From Paracoccaceae bacterium (GTDB lineage: Bacteria > Pseudomonadota > Alphaproteobacteria > Rhodobacterales > Rhodobacteraceae): a stretch of DNA of 61,005 nt. This document shows positions 45,659-55,275 of the stretch, piece after piece. The notes below the pieces were generated by a model that worked only from the letters and a program-made list of their open reading frames with translations, had not been told where the DNA came from and did not search any database. The translations under genes and the position numbers were made by a program. How positions within the stretch are numbered: position 1 is the first letter of the stretch; every line of letters begins with the position of its first letter. The stretch covers positions 1 through 61,005 of the forward strand of contig JAQWKM010000121.1 in the NCBI GenBank assembly GCA_029247845.1, written 5' to 3'.

Positions 45659-46993
45659 ATGACCAATAACGCAGACAAAGAAAAAGATGATCGCATAAAA
45701 GCGACTGATGCCCAGCCTGATCAGGATCAGCAGTCCTTAGACACAGAGCAAGGCATTCAGGTGTTAGAGGCAGCCATCGAAGGTGCAGAGATGGTTTCTG
45801 ATGTCATCGAAGAAACTCTGCCGGATGATCCGACCGACGAAAACGTTGGACAAGACAATGTAGCGGCGGATCGAAAGGAGGACCAAACCTCTTCACCGTC
45901 CGATCAGAGCATGAAAGATAGTGAAATTCCCAACGCTGATATACACCAAACTGCAAAACTGACGTCTCGCCTGGGTCTTTTGCCTCTTATCTTTTTCAGC
46001 ATACTGTCCGGCGGTGTTGGTTTTATCGCGGCATATTTAGTATTTTTCCTAGGTATCTTTTCACTTGGCTCCAGTTCCGAAGATATACGGGCCAGTTTGA
46101 GTAAAGTTATTGCAAGTAATACGAACGACGTCGAACGCGTCACCACAACTGTGCAGCGTCAAGAAATGGATATTGTGCAAGCAATTAAAAAGATTGACGC
46201 TCTGGATGCGCAGGTAATTTTCAATCGTGAGATGGCAGAGGCGCAAGCGCCTTTCGGCATACGGATGCAGACATTGGAGGATCAGTTAAATAGTATTGAG
46301 CTACATGCCGATAGTATTACGAAGCGCATCTGGGCTCTGGAGAATAAGCCGATCGGTGAAATAGTCTCCGAGAGTGTTATTGGCGCATACAACAATGAGG
46401 TCACAGCGCTTCAATCCAGCATCCAAGCGCAAAGAGATCAAGTTGACAAGCTGATTGCACAAGCAAGCGCAAAAGAAACGCAAGCTTTAGAGATTTCGCA
46501 GACTACTATGGCGCGCATCGCGCTGGCCGAAGTTCAAACTGCGCTGGAAAAGGGCATGCCTTTTGTCACCGAGTTAAACGAGTTCGCCAAATTAACGGGT
46601 CGGAGGGTGCCGCCTAAATTGAGTGAATTGGCAGATACTGGAGCAGTAACAATCGCTGAATTGAATGCCCAGTTCCCACCTTTTGCGCGTAAAGCATTGA
46701 CGGCACAAAGGGCTGGTTCATCTGAAAATAGGCTAAGTGCAGGATGGGCTGATTTTCTGAAATCGCAATTTCAAGCGCGCTCTGTTTCGCCAAAAGAGGG
46801 TAATGATGCAGATGCTGTCTTATCGCGGGCCGAGGACGCGGTACGACAAGGCAATCTGGCCAAAGCTTTGGAAGAATTGAGCAACCTGACGTCTCCGGCC
46901 AAAGATAAAATGGCACAATGGAGCAATCAAGCTGTGGCGCGTCTTGCAGCAGCGGATGCTGTGAAATTGCTTTTGGTATCGATAGAGGAATAG
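45659..46993 (+). CDS. Mitofilin-like (COG4223-type) inner-membrane protein
   Basis: It has an acidic low-complexity N-terminus and a single TM segment, 'LLPLIFFSILSGGVGFIAAYLVFFLGIF'. A long coiled-coil-like C-terminal part follows. It sits in the conserved position between hemD and the hemY-like gene. Confidence 0.6.
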   Translation: MTNNADKEKDDRIKATDAQPDQDQQSLDTEQGIQVLEAAIEGAEMVSDVIEETLPDDPTDENVGQDNVAADRKEDQTSSPSDQSMKDSEIPNADIHQTAKLTSRLGLLPLIFFSILSGGVGFIAAYLVFFLGIFSLGSSSEDIRASLSKVIASNTNDVERVTTTVQRQEMDIVQAIKKIDALDAQVIFNREMAEAQAPFGIRMQTLEDQLNSIELHADSITKRIWALENKPIGEIVSESVIGAYNNEVTALQSSIQAQRDQVDKLIAQASAKETQALEISQTTMARIALAEVQTALEKGMPFVTELNEFAKLTGRRVPPKLSELADTGAVTIAELNAQFPPFARKALTAQRAGSSENRLSAGWADFLKSQFQARSVSPKEGNDADAVLSRAEDAVRQGNLAKALEELSNLTSPAKDKMAQWSNQAVARLAAADAVKLLLVSIEE

Positions 46994-47002
46994 AATCACA
47001 CA

Positions 47003-48532
47003 ATGTTATTTTCACTGACCAAGATTCTTTTGTTTCTTTTGATTGTCGTGATTGTTGCTGTAGGTCTAGCTTACCTACTCGATTCCAAGGATATTTTACT
47101 TGGCAATGTACAAGCAACAATTTCTGGTACTGAATACACTTTGACGCCGATTCAGGTGGTTTTATTTTTGGTCGCCCTGTCATTTGCGATTTGGCTGATC
47201 TTAACGATCCTTTCTTTCTTGATGTCTGTTATAAAGTTCATCAATGGGGATGATACGGCGATATCGCGTTATTTTAATCGCAACCGAGAAAGAAAGGGCT
47301 TTCAAGCGCTGTCAGATGGTATGCTTGCCCTTGCTTCGGGCGAAGGTCAGCTTGCGATGGATAAGGCAAGCAGAGCTGCGAAATTTCTAAACCAGCCGTC
47401 TTTAACAAATGTCCTTGCGGCGCAAGCGGCTGAATTATCGGGGAACCGGCAAAAAGCGACAGATATATATAAAACCCTCGTCCAATTACCGGAAACCCGG
47501 TTTGTCGGTGTCCGGGGTTTGCTCAAGCAAAAGCTTGAAGACGGAAATATCGAAGTTGCTCTCAAGCTGGCAGAAACGGCGTTTGCTATAAAACCCAAGC
47601 ATGAAGAAATGCAGGATACACTGCTTCAATTACAAGCGAAGACCCAAAATTGGGAGGGTGCTCGCAAAACCCTAAAGACCAAGCTTAAACATGGTAGTCT
47701 GCCTCGGGGCGTGCATAAAAGGCGCGATGCGGTCCTTGCACTATCTCAAGCCAAAGGCGTGCTTGAGGAAGGTCAAACAGTTGAGGCGCGTGAAAATGCA
47801 ATTGAAGCAAATCGTCTGTCTCCTGATCTTGTACCAGCCGCAGCAATGGCTGCGCGTAGCTACATAGAAAATGCCAAACCAAAATATGCGATCCGCGTTA
47901 TTCAGAGAGCTTGGCAAGCCCAGCCACATCCAGATTTGGCAGCTGTATTTTTGGAAATTGCGCCAGATGAAACTGCGACCGAACGGCTCAAGAGATTTGA
48001 AACGTTGCGAAAACTGGCCCCTGATCACCGGGAAACCAAACTGGCGATGGCAGAGCTTTATTTGAGCGCTGAAGACTTTAAGAATGCCCGTAAAGAGGTG
48101 GAAAGCCTTTTAGAAAAAGATCCTGATGCCCGAGTGTTCACCATCATGGCTGCAATCGAACGGGGTGAGGGCGGCGCTGACGAGCTTGTCCGGGGGTGGC
48201 TTGCAAAAGCGCTTGGCGCGCGCCGTGGTCCGCAGTGGACTTGCGAGAATTGTCAGTCCGCTCATTCTACATGGACACCTGTATGCGAAAGCTGTGAGGC
48301 CTTTGACACACTCGCATGGAAGGCGCCTCTATTGAGTGGTATTTCCTCGTCTACCGGACTTGAAATGTTGCCGCTCTTATTGGGTCAGGAAAATAAATCC
48401 AACGTAGAGGATATCGTCTTGCCGCTTACTGATATCAGTTTGCCTGTCAAAGACTTTTCCGATCAGGATTTTGAAATGCAACAACCGGATGTGGAACCAA
48501 AAGTTGGTCCAGTTTTGCCAATTGAAAAATAG
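47003..48532 (+). CDS. HemY-like N-terminal domain / TPR membrane protein
   Basis: It has two N-terminal TM helices and TPR-like repeats. A C-terminal zinc ribbon is present ('CENCQSAHSTWTPVCESCEAFDTLAW'). Confidence 0.75.
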   Translation: MLFSLTKILLFLLIVVIVAVGLAYLLDSKDILLGNVQATISGTEYTLTPIQVVLFLVALSFAIWLILTILSFLMSVIKFINGDDTAISRYFNRNRERKGFQALSDGMLALASGEGQLAMDKASRAAKFLNQPSLTNVLAAQAAELSGNRQKATDIYKTLVQLPETRFVGVRGLLKQKLEDGNIEVALKLAETAFAIKPKHEEMQDTLLQLQAKTQNWEGARKTLKTKLKHGSLPRGVHKRRDAVLALSQAKGVLEEGQTVEARENAIEANRLSPDLVPAAAMAARSYIENAKPKYAIRVIQRAWQAQPHPDLAAVFLEIAPDETATERLKRFETLRKLAPDHRETKLAMAELYLSAEDFKNARKEVESLLEKDPDARVFTIMAAIERGEGGADELVRGWLAKALGARRGPQWTCENCQSAHSTWTPVCESCEAFDTLAWKAPLLSGISSSTGLEMLPLLLGQENKSNVEDIVLPLTDISLPVKDFSDQDFEMQQPDVEPKVGPVLPIEK

Positions 48533-48551
48533 TAAATTTTCAAATTCAGAA

Positions 48552-48806
48552 TTATTTGTAAAATTCTCTGCGGCTTGAAAATTGGACAACACGTTTACGC
48601 CAGGCCCGGTAGCTGCCTGATTTGAGGTTGCTTCGCATAAGTTTTTTGACTTCAGCCTCTGATAGATCGTACTGGTGCCTGATGTCGGCAAAGGTCACAT
48701 GATCACTTAGGGCCATCTGGATTACATCGCTTATTTCTTCGGGCTTTAAATTATTCATCGTAGACAGATAGTCTTGCATGCCTTTTTGTCGAACGGCTTT
48801 GGCCAA
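48552..48806 (-). CDS. TIGR03643/DUF2805-family small protein
   Basis: It has 'ISDVIQMALSDHVTFADIRHQYDLSEAEVKKLMRSNLKSGSYRAWRKRV'. The true start may be an internal Met (48779 or later). Confidence 0.65.
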   Translation of the reverse strand: MAKAVRQKGMQDYLSTMNNLKPEEISDVIQMALSDHVTFADIRHQYDLSEAEVKKLMRSNLKSGSYRAWRKRVVQFSSRREFYK

Positions 48807-49054
48807 AATGTGCTACTTTACTTACCTTTAGGACCAATCCAAAGGTAATGAACAATATACAATAAACTCTTTTATCAGGCTTTGGTGCACGATGATCCCA
48901 GTTTTTCCTAAATCAGAATATAACTTTTGTTGGCCTTATCCGCAATAAATTCATTATTGAACTTCATATCTATAATTTTCCAAAACGTTTCACTATACCA
49001 ACTAAAGCGTTGCTTGATATCTGCAGGTGCGCACTCAAACTGAAAGGTTTTGAA

Positions 49055-49675
49055 ATGATACGGCAATTTGATTCATCTACGGCTCTGCTGCTCATTGATG
49101 TACAAAAAGGGGTAAACGATACAGCCTATTATGGCGGACCTACAGGTCGGCGTAACAATCTAGGTGCCGAGGATAATATGTGTTCTATCCTGATCGAGTG
49201 GCGCAAGGCTGGCCGTCAGGTTGCCTTTACCAAACATGACTCGCGTGAAGAAAATTCACCACTTAAACTAGGGTTGGAGTCTGGCCAGCAACTGGAGGGT
49301 CTTGAAACGACTGATGATGACATTGTGATTGAAAAAGATGTCAACAGTGGCTTTATTGGAACTTCCCTTGAATTAGATCTACGGCGTGCTGGTATCCAGC
49401 GTCTTGTGGCTGTTGGTTTTTTTACGAACGTTTGCGTTGAAACAACGGTCCGTATGGCAGGCAATATGGGTTTTGATACCTATCTTGTGCACGACGCTTG
49501 CGCTACAATGAATAGCATGGGTCACGATGGCACTGATTACGATCCTGATCTTGTCCACAATATGGCTATTGCAAGTTTGCATGGCGAATTTTGCACCGCC
49601 ATTACAACAAAAGATGCCTTGGGCCTTTGCGCTAGTGATGCACATGACTTGGATCGTGTACAAGGTAACGAATAA
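49055..49675 (+). CDS. Isochorismatase-family cysteine hydrolase (amidohydrolase)
   Basis: It has 'TALLLIDVQKG' and 'LVAVGFFTNVCVETTVR', which contains the catalytic Cys. The ATG at 49055 is preceded by GAAAGG. The track ORF starts at 49010. Confidence 0.82.
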   Translation: MIRQFDSSTALLLIDVQKGVNDTAYYGGPTGRRNNLGAEDNMCSILIEWRKAGRQVAFTKHDSREENSPLKLGLESGQQLEGLETTDDDIVIEKDVNSGFIGTSLELDLRRAGIQRLVAVGFFTNVCVETTVRMAGNMGFDTYLVHDACATMNSMGHDGTDYDPDLVHNMAIASLHGEFCTAITTKDALGLCASDAHDLDRVQGNE

Positions 49676-50547
49676 TGTTTGGTGTCTCATCCATGACGAC
49701 AGAGCTGCGCAAGGTTGCTGTCAAAAAGCCCGGTCCGTCATTGAAAGAAGCAGATGGCGCTCTCTGGCATTATGGGGATGGGTTTGATCCTAATAAAGTC
49801 GAGGCAGTTCATGCAAATTTTGTTCTAGCCTTGGAAAATTCAGGAGCTGAAATCTATTGGATGGGTGAAGATGATCAGGGTAACGCTGATGCAGTATTCA
49901 CCTATGATGCATCCTTGATGACGCCTGCTGGTGCTATTTTGATGTCACCTGGGAAAACGCTTCGAGCGGGCGAACAGAACTTACACCGCATATTTTATAC
50001 GATACATCACATTCCAATCATCGGCGAGATCAAAAATGATGCGCGCGCTGAGGCGGGCGATACGCTTTGGTTGGATGATAAGACCTTAATTATTGGCCGC
50101 GGTTTTCGCACAAATCAAGCAGGTGTAGATCAAATCGTCAAGATCCTAAGGCCTCTTGGAATAGAGTGCCATACATTTGATCTACCTTATTACCATGGTC
50201 AAAAAGCCTGCCTACATTTGATGTCCCTTATTAGCCTTGTTGATACATTTAAGGCCTTGGTTTTTATGCCACTTTTGCCAGTGGGTTTGTTCAAGCTACT
50301 TCTGAGAAAAGGATTTGATCTTATAAACGCGCCCTCTTCAGAGTTTGAGGGTAGCAATACGTTAAGCACCAACGTACTCGCACTTGCGCCGGGAAAATGT
50401 ATTATGATTGATGGTTTACCCCAAACTCGAAAGGCTTTGCAGGATGTTGGGATCGATATTCAGGTATTCGATGGAGCGGCTTTATGCATTGGTTGTGAAG
50501 GTGGCCCAACCTGTTTGACCCGTCCATTGCTTCGCGCACCCATATGA
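49675..50547 (+). CDS. Guanidino-group-modifying enzyme, dimethylarginine dimethylaminohydrolase / arginine deiminase-like family
   Basis: The product is 290 aa. It has 'DAVFTYDASLM', 'IGRGFRTNQAG', 'LHLMSLISLV' and the C-terminal catalytic 'GGPTCLTRPL'. Its start overlaps the upstream stop (TAATG). Confidence 0.78.
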   Translation: MFGVSSMTTELRKVAVKKPGPSLKEADGALWHYGDGFDPNKVEAVHANFVLALENSGAEIYWMGEDDQGNADAVFTYDASLMTPAGAILMSPGKTLRAGEQNLHRIFYTIHHIPIIGEIKNDARAEAGDTLWLDDKTLIIGRGFRTNQAGVDQIVKILRPLGIECHTFDLPYYHGQKACLHLMSLISLVDTFKALVFMPLLPVGLFKLLLRKGFDLINAPSSEFEGSNTLSTNVLALAPGKCIMIDGLPQTRKALQDVGIDIQVFDGAALCIGCEGGPTCLTRPLLRAPI

Positions 50548-50565
50548 GACAACAGTGGATTAATT

Positions 50566-50994
50566 ATGAGGTATGAAATGAAGTTAGAATTCCATCATAT
50601 AAATTTTGTTTCAAAAGATGTGGACAAGCTCCATGATTTTTATACCAGTGTTCTCCAGTTGGATAATATCCCAATGGAGAATTTTCCGCGCAGCGATGAG
50701 ACGGATGATACTGGGTTTAGCGGCAAAATCAGATTTGCCACTGAGGGCAGTATGCAAATGCATCTGGCTGAACAAGACTTCAATGTTGCCTTTAAAAATA
50801 GCCAAACAATCAATCCTGTGGAAAAGGGACATATTGCCTTCCGTACAGACGATATAAACGCTTTTCTTTTAATTCTAGATGAAAAGGGGATACCCTATTC
50901 CGATTACGGAACGGCCTTTGCAAAAGAATGGCATCAAGTCTTTTTTCAGGATCCAGCTGTAAATATTATCGAAGTCCACCAACAGATAATCTGA
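50566..50994 (+). CDS. VOC (glyoxalase/bleomycin-resistance/dioxygenase) family protein
   Basis: It has 'FHHINFVSKDVDKLHDFY', 'GHIAFRTDDI' and 'NIIEVHQ', which are the metal-ligand positions of the VOC fold. Confidence 0.8.
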   Translation: MRYEMKLEFHHINFVSKDVDKLHDFYTSVLQLDNIPMENFPRSDETDDTGFSGKIRFATEGSMQMHLAEQDFNVAFKNSQTINPVEKGHIAFRTDDINAFLLILDEKGIPYSDYGTAFAKEWHQVFFQDPAVNIIEVHQQII

Positions 50995-51009
50995 TCTCGT
51001 ATTGCCGTT

Positions 51010-52320
51010 TCATGCAAGTCTTTCTTTGAATGCGTCTTTCATCTGGCTTGCCTGATAATATATTTCGGCGGCCATCTTGCCAATTGTACCAAAGGTTGCT
51101 TGGCGTGGAATGGACCCAAAGGCTTCTAAGCGATCACTGGTTCCCGATAGTGCCTCTGCAATGACTTTTCCGGCGATAGGGGCCGTGTTCATTCCGTGTC
51201 CGCCAAAACCAGTCACGCAAAACATATTTTTGGAAATTTGGCCAACATATGGCATGAAATGGCGAGCATAGCCCATAGTTCCAGACCAAGCGTATGCTAG
51301 CTTTATATTTGCACAGCGCATATCCTTAGCCAGTTCAGGTAAATGCGCCGCAATATCTTTGGTCGCCATTGTATTGATTTTCTGATGGTTTGGAGCTGAT
51401 AGTGCAGAGATACCCATGCCCCACAACAAACGGCCATCGGGCAATTTACGGAAATAGTTACCCGCCCGTCGCGTATCAGAAATTGCATAGTCTGTTGGAA
51501 TGTGATGGGCCAGAATTTCAGGCATTGGATCGCTTACGGTAATAAACGTCTGGATTGGTAAAATGAGCCTCGCCAGTTTTGAAAAACGCGTCCCACCTGT
51601 CCCACCCGTTGTAATGATAATTTGCGCAGCAGTCACTTTTATTGCCTGATTATCTCCAAAGCTTAAGTCCGTTTTGCCATCAACTACGGACCGTATTTTG
51701 GTGACTTCGCAATTTTCCTGAATACTAACCCCTGCGGCAAGACAGTCCAATGTCAGGCATCTCAGGAAGTTCAGCGGATGAAAGTGAAAGGCAGTTAAGT
51801 CCAAAGTTCCACTTTTATAGCGCGGGCCACGGATGAATTTTGTAAGTTTTTGTTTGGAAATATCAAGTTCTTCGCTGGCGAAAAGCGATAGTGTCAAGCA
51901 ACCGTTGATCGGTTGACAGGAGGCATAATTTTTAGAAAAAGCCCGTTCTCGCATCCATCTAAGGCCTTCTTCTGACAGCTCATTAAGCACCTGAGCTTGA
52001 TCTGGGCCAACCATTTTTAAAATATCCTCGTCGCCACAGGCCCAGCCAGTTGTGCAAAATCCGCCGTTTCGCCCCGATGCTGCCTGACCGATCGTGAATT
52101 TTTCAATCAACACAACTTTTGAGCCTGCTTTTGCAAGATGGAGTGCGGCGCTTAATCCCGCAAGGCCTGCGCCAATTATAGCAACATCGTACGTGTCGTT
52201 TAATGAGCCAGAATCAAGACAGACAGGAGCTTGGATGGCAGTCTTCTCATACCAAGTTGGCGCAAACTCAGATGTTTTTGAGGGATTTCTATGGCTCATG
52301 GTCCCGCGATTTATTAACAA
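51010..52320 (-). CDS. FAD-dependent oxidoreductase (DAO family; gamma-glutamylputrescine/opine/sarcosine oxidase-like)
   Basis: It has the dinucleotide fold 'YDVAIIGAGLAGLSAALHLAKAGSKVVLIEK' and 'GRNGGF'. The C-terminal 'GFGGHGMNTAPIAG' motif is present. The start may instead be the Met at 52299. Confidence 0.85.
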   Translation of the reverse strand: MLINRGTMSHRNPSKTSEFAPTWYEKTAIQAPVCLDSGSLNDTYDVAIIGAGLAGLSAALHLAKAGSKVVLIEKFTIGQAASGRNGGFCTTGWACGDEDILKMVGPDQAQVLNELSEEGLRWMRERAFSKNYASCQPINGCLTLSLFASEELDISKQKLTKFIRGPRYKSGTLDLTAFHFHPLNFLRCLTLDCLAAGVSIQENCEVTKIRSVVDGKTDLSFGDNQAIKVTAAQIIITTGGTGGTRFSKLARLILPIQTFITVSDPMPEILAHHIPTDYAISDTRRAGNYFRKLPDGRLLWGMGISALSAPNHQKINTMATKDIAAHLPELAKDMRCANIKLAYAWSGTMGYARHFMPYVGQISKNMFCVTGFGGHGMNTAPIAGKVIAEALSGTSDRLEAFGSIPRQATFGTIGKMAAEIYYQASQMKDAFKERLA

Positions 52321-53983
52321 TATTATCTAATGCTTTAATTCCTGATGCAGCGATGATGGTCAGAAACACATAGATCAAAGCAGCCGAATTAAACGGCTCG
52401 AAAGCCAGAAAGCTCTGCGCCTGAAATTCACGCATGCGCTGGGTTAGATCTCGAACTGACAGAATTGAAACGAGTGATGTGTCTTTAAGCATTGCGATAA
52501 ATTCATTGCCAAGTGCGGGCAAAACTATCGCGATAGCTTGTGGGATCACGATCAAACGCGCTACCTGCCAGTCTCTTAGGCCAAGGGTTCGTGCCGCTTC
52601 GATTTGACCTTTTGGGACTGCCTCAATTCCGGCTCTAAAAATTTCCGCCATATAGGCAGAGTAGCCGATCGCAATGGCGAGTATGCCACGGGTCATCATG
52701 GCCATATCAAGATAACCACTGGTGGCGGATTTGACCGCTCCTGCCAATGGCAGGCCAACATAAAGAATGATGACGAGCATCGGAATACCACGGATCGTAT
52801 CAACAAAGAAATCTGAAAAAACTGCTAAAGGATGGGCCGCCGTCATCTTTCCAACCAAAACAAGTAAAAGACTTAGAACGCCAATCACAATACTTGCTGT
52901 TGACATGCTTCGATCACCTGGTGGGAGGTAAGAGGTTTGCCAGAGGACAGGTCGTCCATTGATTTGATCCACTGGCAGTACAGCCGCCTTAATTGTGCCT
53001 TGCTCAAGCATTTTTATGGCTCGCTCTTGCGACTTCAGCGATCTTACTTTGAACGGTTTATCTGGAGGTGTTTTGAGAAAATCACCGTAACGAATAGTGT
53101 CGGTAATCCCTTGAGGGGTGCCAGTAATAATTCCAATACGACCTGAGAGGTCGCCAACTAATGCAACTTTATTAACTGGTTTTAGAGCAAAGAAAAGTCC
53201 TACAAAAACTGCCACTACACCTATGCTTGTCATGACTTTGCTCGCTATGACCGACGGTTTTAAACGACCCCAGAAGGCCCAAACTAGGCCTAATACCGAA
53301 GCGCCAAGATAAGCAAAAAATGCAGCTCGTAAAGTGACCATGAGGCCAACTGAAAATCCGGCATGTGCCATCATTAAAAAGTAAAAAGTGAATGAGAAGT
53401 TGACGATTAAAATGGAAAAACAAATACCAAGGCCTGAAGGCTTTTTTAGATAATGAGTCGGAATTATATTAAATAAGGCGCAAGCTGCCGAAAATATTGA
53501 CGCTAACCCAAGATAAAAAAATGAATTACTGATAAGCGTTGCTTCAAAGCTGGGGTTGAGTGTAAAAATATTATTTACCACGACAATCCACTCAACTGAC
53601 CGTGGGTCGCCGGAATTTACGGCTATAGATACAATATACGGGCTTAGCCAAATTGCTTTTGACATTATAGCGAAAGTAATAGCCTGAGCGACAAAGCCTA
53701 TAGTCGCCTTTCGTCGTTCTTTTTGCGTTATCTCTTCTGTTTGATCTGGTCTGGTTGAACGAAGCAATGCCAAGCTTGACCAAAAGCCAGATGCTCCAAC
53801 GAGAGTAAATATCAAGAAGCTGGCTAACAATAGCCATGGATCATCTTCGATACCTAAAACGGCTTTAATCGCAGGTCCATAGTTTCGTGAGGTGGCAATC
53901 AAATAAATAATGACAGGTGTTGCAAATAAAAACATTAAATTGCTGGCACGCATATTACGCAGCCAAGTCAAAGCATATAGCAT
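52289..53983 (-). CDS. Amino-acid ABC transporter permease (His/Glu/Gln/Arg/opine type) with a roughly 340-aa N-terminal extension
   Basis: The C-terminal 220 or so aa form a canonical permease ('EAARTLGLRDWQVARLIVIPQAIAIVLPALGNEFIAMLKDTSLVS'). The N-terminal part adds about 7 TM helices and a hydrophilic loop of about 100 aa ('VALVGDLSGRIGIITGT...KAAVLPVDQ'). Confidence 0.85.
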   Translation of the reverse strand: MLYALTWLRNMRASNLMFLFATPVIIYLIATSRNYGPAIKAVLGIEDDPWLLLASFLIFTLVGASGFWSSLALLRSTRPDQTEEITQKERRKATIGFVAQAITFAIMSKAIWLSPYIVSIAVNSGDPRSVEWIVVVNNIFTLNPSFEATLISNSFFYLGLASIFSAACALFNIIPTHYLKKPSGLGICFSILIVNFSFTFYFLMMAHAGFSVGLMVTLRAAFFAYLGASVLGLVWAFWGRLKPSVIASKVMTSIGVVAVFVGLFFALKPVNKVALVGDLSGRIGIITGTPQGITDTIRYGDFLKTPPDKPFKVRSLKSQERAIKMLEQGTIKAAVLPVDQINGRPVLWQTSYLPPGDRSMSTASIVIGVLSLLLVLVGKMTAAHPLAVFSDFFVDTIRGIPMLVIILYVGLPLAGAVKSATSGYLDMAMMTRGILAIAIGYSAYMAEIFRAGIEAVPKGQIEAARTLGLRDWQVARLIVIPQAIAIVLPALGNEFIAMLKDTSLVSILSVRDLTQRMREFQAQSFLAFEPFNSAALIYVFLTIIAASGIKALDNIVNKSRDHEP

Positions 53984-54048
53984 ATGAGGACTTTCAGGGT
54001 CTCAAAGGTGTCCAAAGGGCTGTGTACCCTTTGGACAGGACTTATTTG

Positions 54049-54786
54049 TTATTTAGGCCACCACTTGAGTACAAGTTTGTCTAAAGTTCCATCCGCCTTT
54101 ATAGCTGCTAGCCCAACGTTGAAAGCGTCTTGAAGTTCGTCACCTTCCTGAAAAACCAGACCAAGAGGATCAGAAGATAGGCCTGTGATTCCAACACTGA
54201 GCTCTCCGGCAAATTCCTGTTCGTAGGCTGCAGCTGACGTGGAATCTATAATGACGCCATCGACATCACCATTGAGAACGGCAACTACTGCATTTGAGAA
54301 AGAATCAAAAAGCTTTAGGTTATCGCGGCCAACCAGCTCTTCACCAAGTGCTGCATTAGTAGTGCCATTTTGTGACGCTAAGCTCATCTGACCACTTTTG
54401 AAATCATCAATAGTGGCACCGTTATCCGCAACCCGCATTAGTACGCCCTGTTGTACAATGATATAGGGATCAGAAAAATCCACGATTTTATCCCGCTCAT
54501 CGGTTATGGTGACGCCGGAAACCACCATATCAAATTGCCCGTCAGCCAATGCTGCAAAAATACCATCCCAAGCTGTTGTGACCCAGTTTGGTGCACAATT
54601 CACTCGCTCGCAAATAGCTGCGACGACATCAACGTCAAAGCCTTTGACGACGCCGTCTTCGATGAATTCATGTGGAGGGTATGTTGTGTCAGAGCCAACC
54701 GCTAATACGCGGCCGCCAAGATCGGCAGCAAACGCAGGTATTGCAGTCATGGCTACAACCATTGCACCCAATATAATTCTTTTCAT
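54049..54786 (-). CDS. Amino-acid ABC transporter substrate-binding protein (SBP family 3)
   Basis: The signal peptide is 'MKRIILGAMVVAMTAIPAFA'. It has 'VGSDTTYPPHEF', 'GFDVDV' and 'DMVVSGVTIT'. The length is 245 aa. Confidence 0.88.
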   Translation of the reverse strand: MKRIILGAMVVAMTAIPAFAADLGGRVLAVGSDTTYPPHEFIEDGVVKGFDVDVVAAICERVNCAPNWVTTAWDGIFAALADGQFDMVVSGVTITDERDKIVDFSDPYIIVQQGVLMRVADNGATIDDFKSGQMSLASQNGTTNAALGEELVGRDNLKLFDSFSNAVVAVLNGDVDGVIIDSTSAAAYEQEFAGELSVGITGLSSDPLGLVFQEGDELQDAFNVGLAAIKADGTLDKLVLKWWPK

Positions 54787-55275
54787 TTTGTTCTCCTGTT
54801 GACGGTCAATTTAAAACTTATCTTAGTGTAAAACTCTCTGATCAGGTTACATTTCCTGATTGAGGCGCAACAATATTTCTAAGGATATAAGAAAGATGCA
54901 TAAAGATGTTGTTGTCAATGCTCTCTGCAAAAAGTGATGCCTAATTATCTATCCTTTAAACACTTTAAGAGCATAAGTCATAATTGGATCTATCTTTAGA
55001 TTGGGGCGGTATACTTATTATATTGTAAAATAATATAATTATTACAGTAGGTTGTTGTATTTTTCCCTTTTTTGTCTTTGTTACTGGGTCTTTATAGCAC
55101 TATATTTTGGCTGGAACTACGGTTTGCAGTATGACCCTTGCGTGAAATTGGGCCTGAAAACTTAAAACAGTCAAAGCTTCTATATGGGCAGGTGTAATTC
55201 AGCCGAGCCTATGATTGTAAAGCCAGTCATGAAAGTCTAGATAAACTTGAAATTGAGGGGCTAGGATTAAAAAAA

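Noticed and set aside
46614-47183. 189-aa minus-strand ORF spanning the mitofilin-like/hemY-like junction
   Set aside because: It overlaps two co-directional plus-strand genes that have conserved synteny and features. It has no motifs and no plausible RBS.
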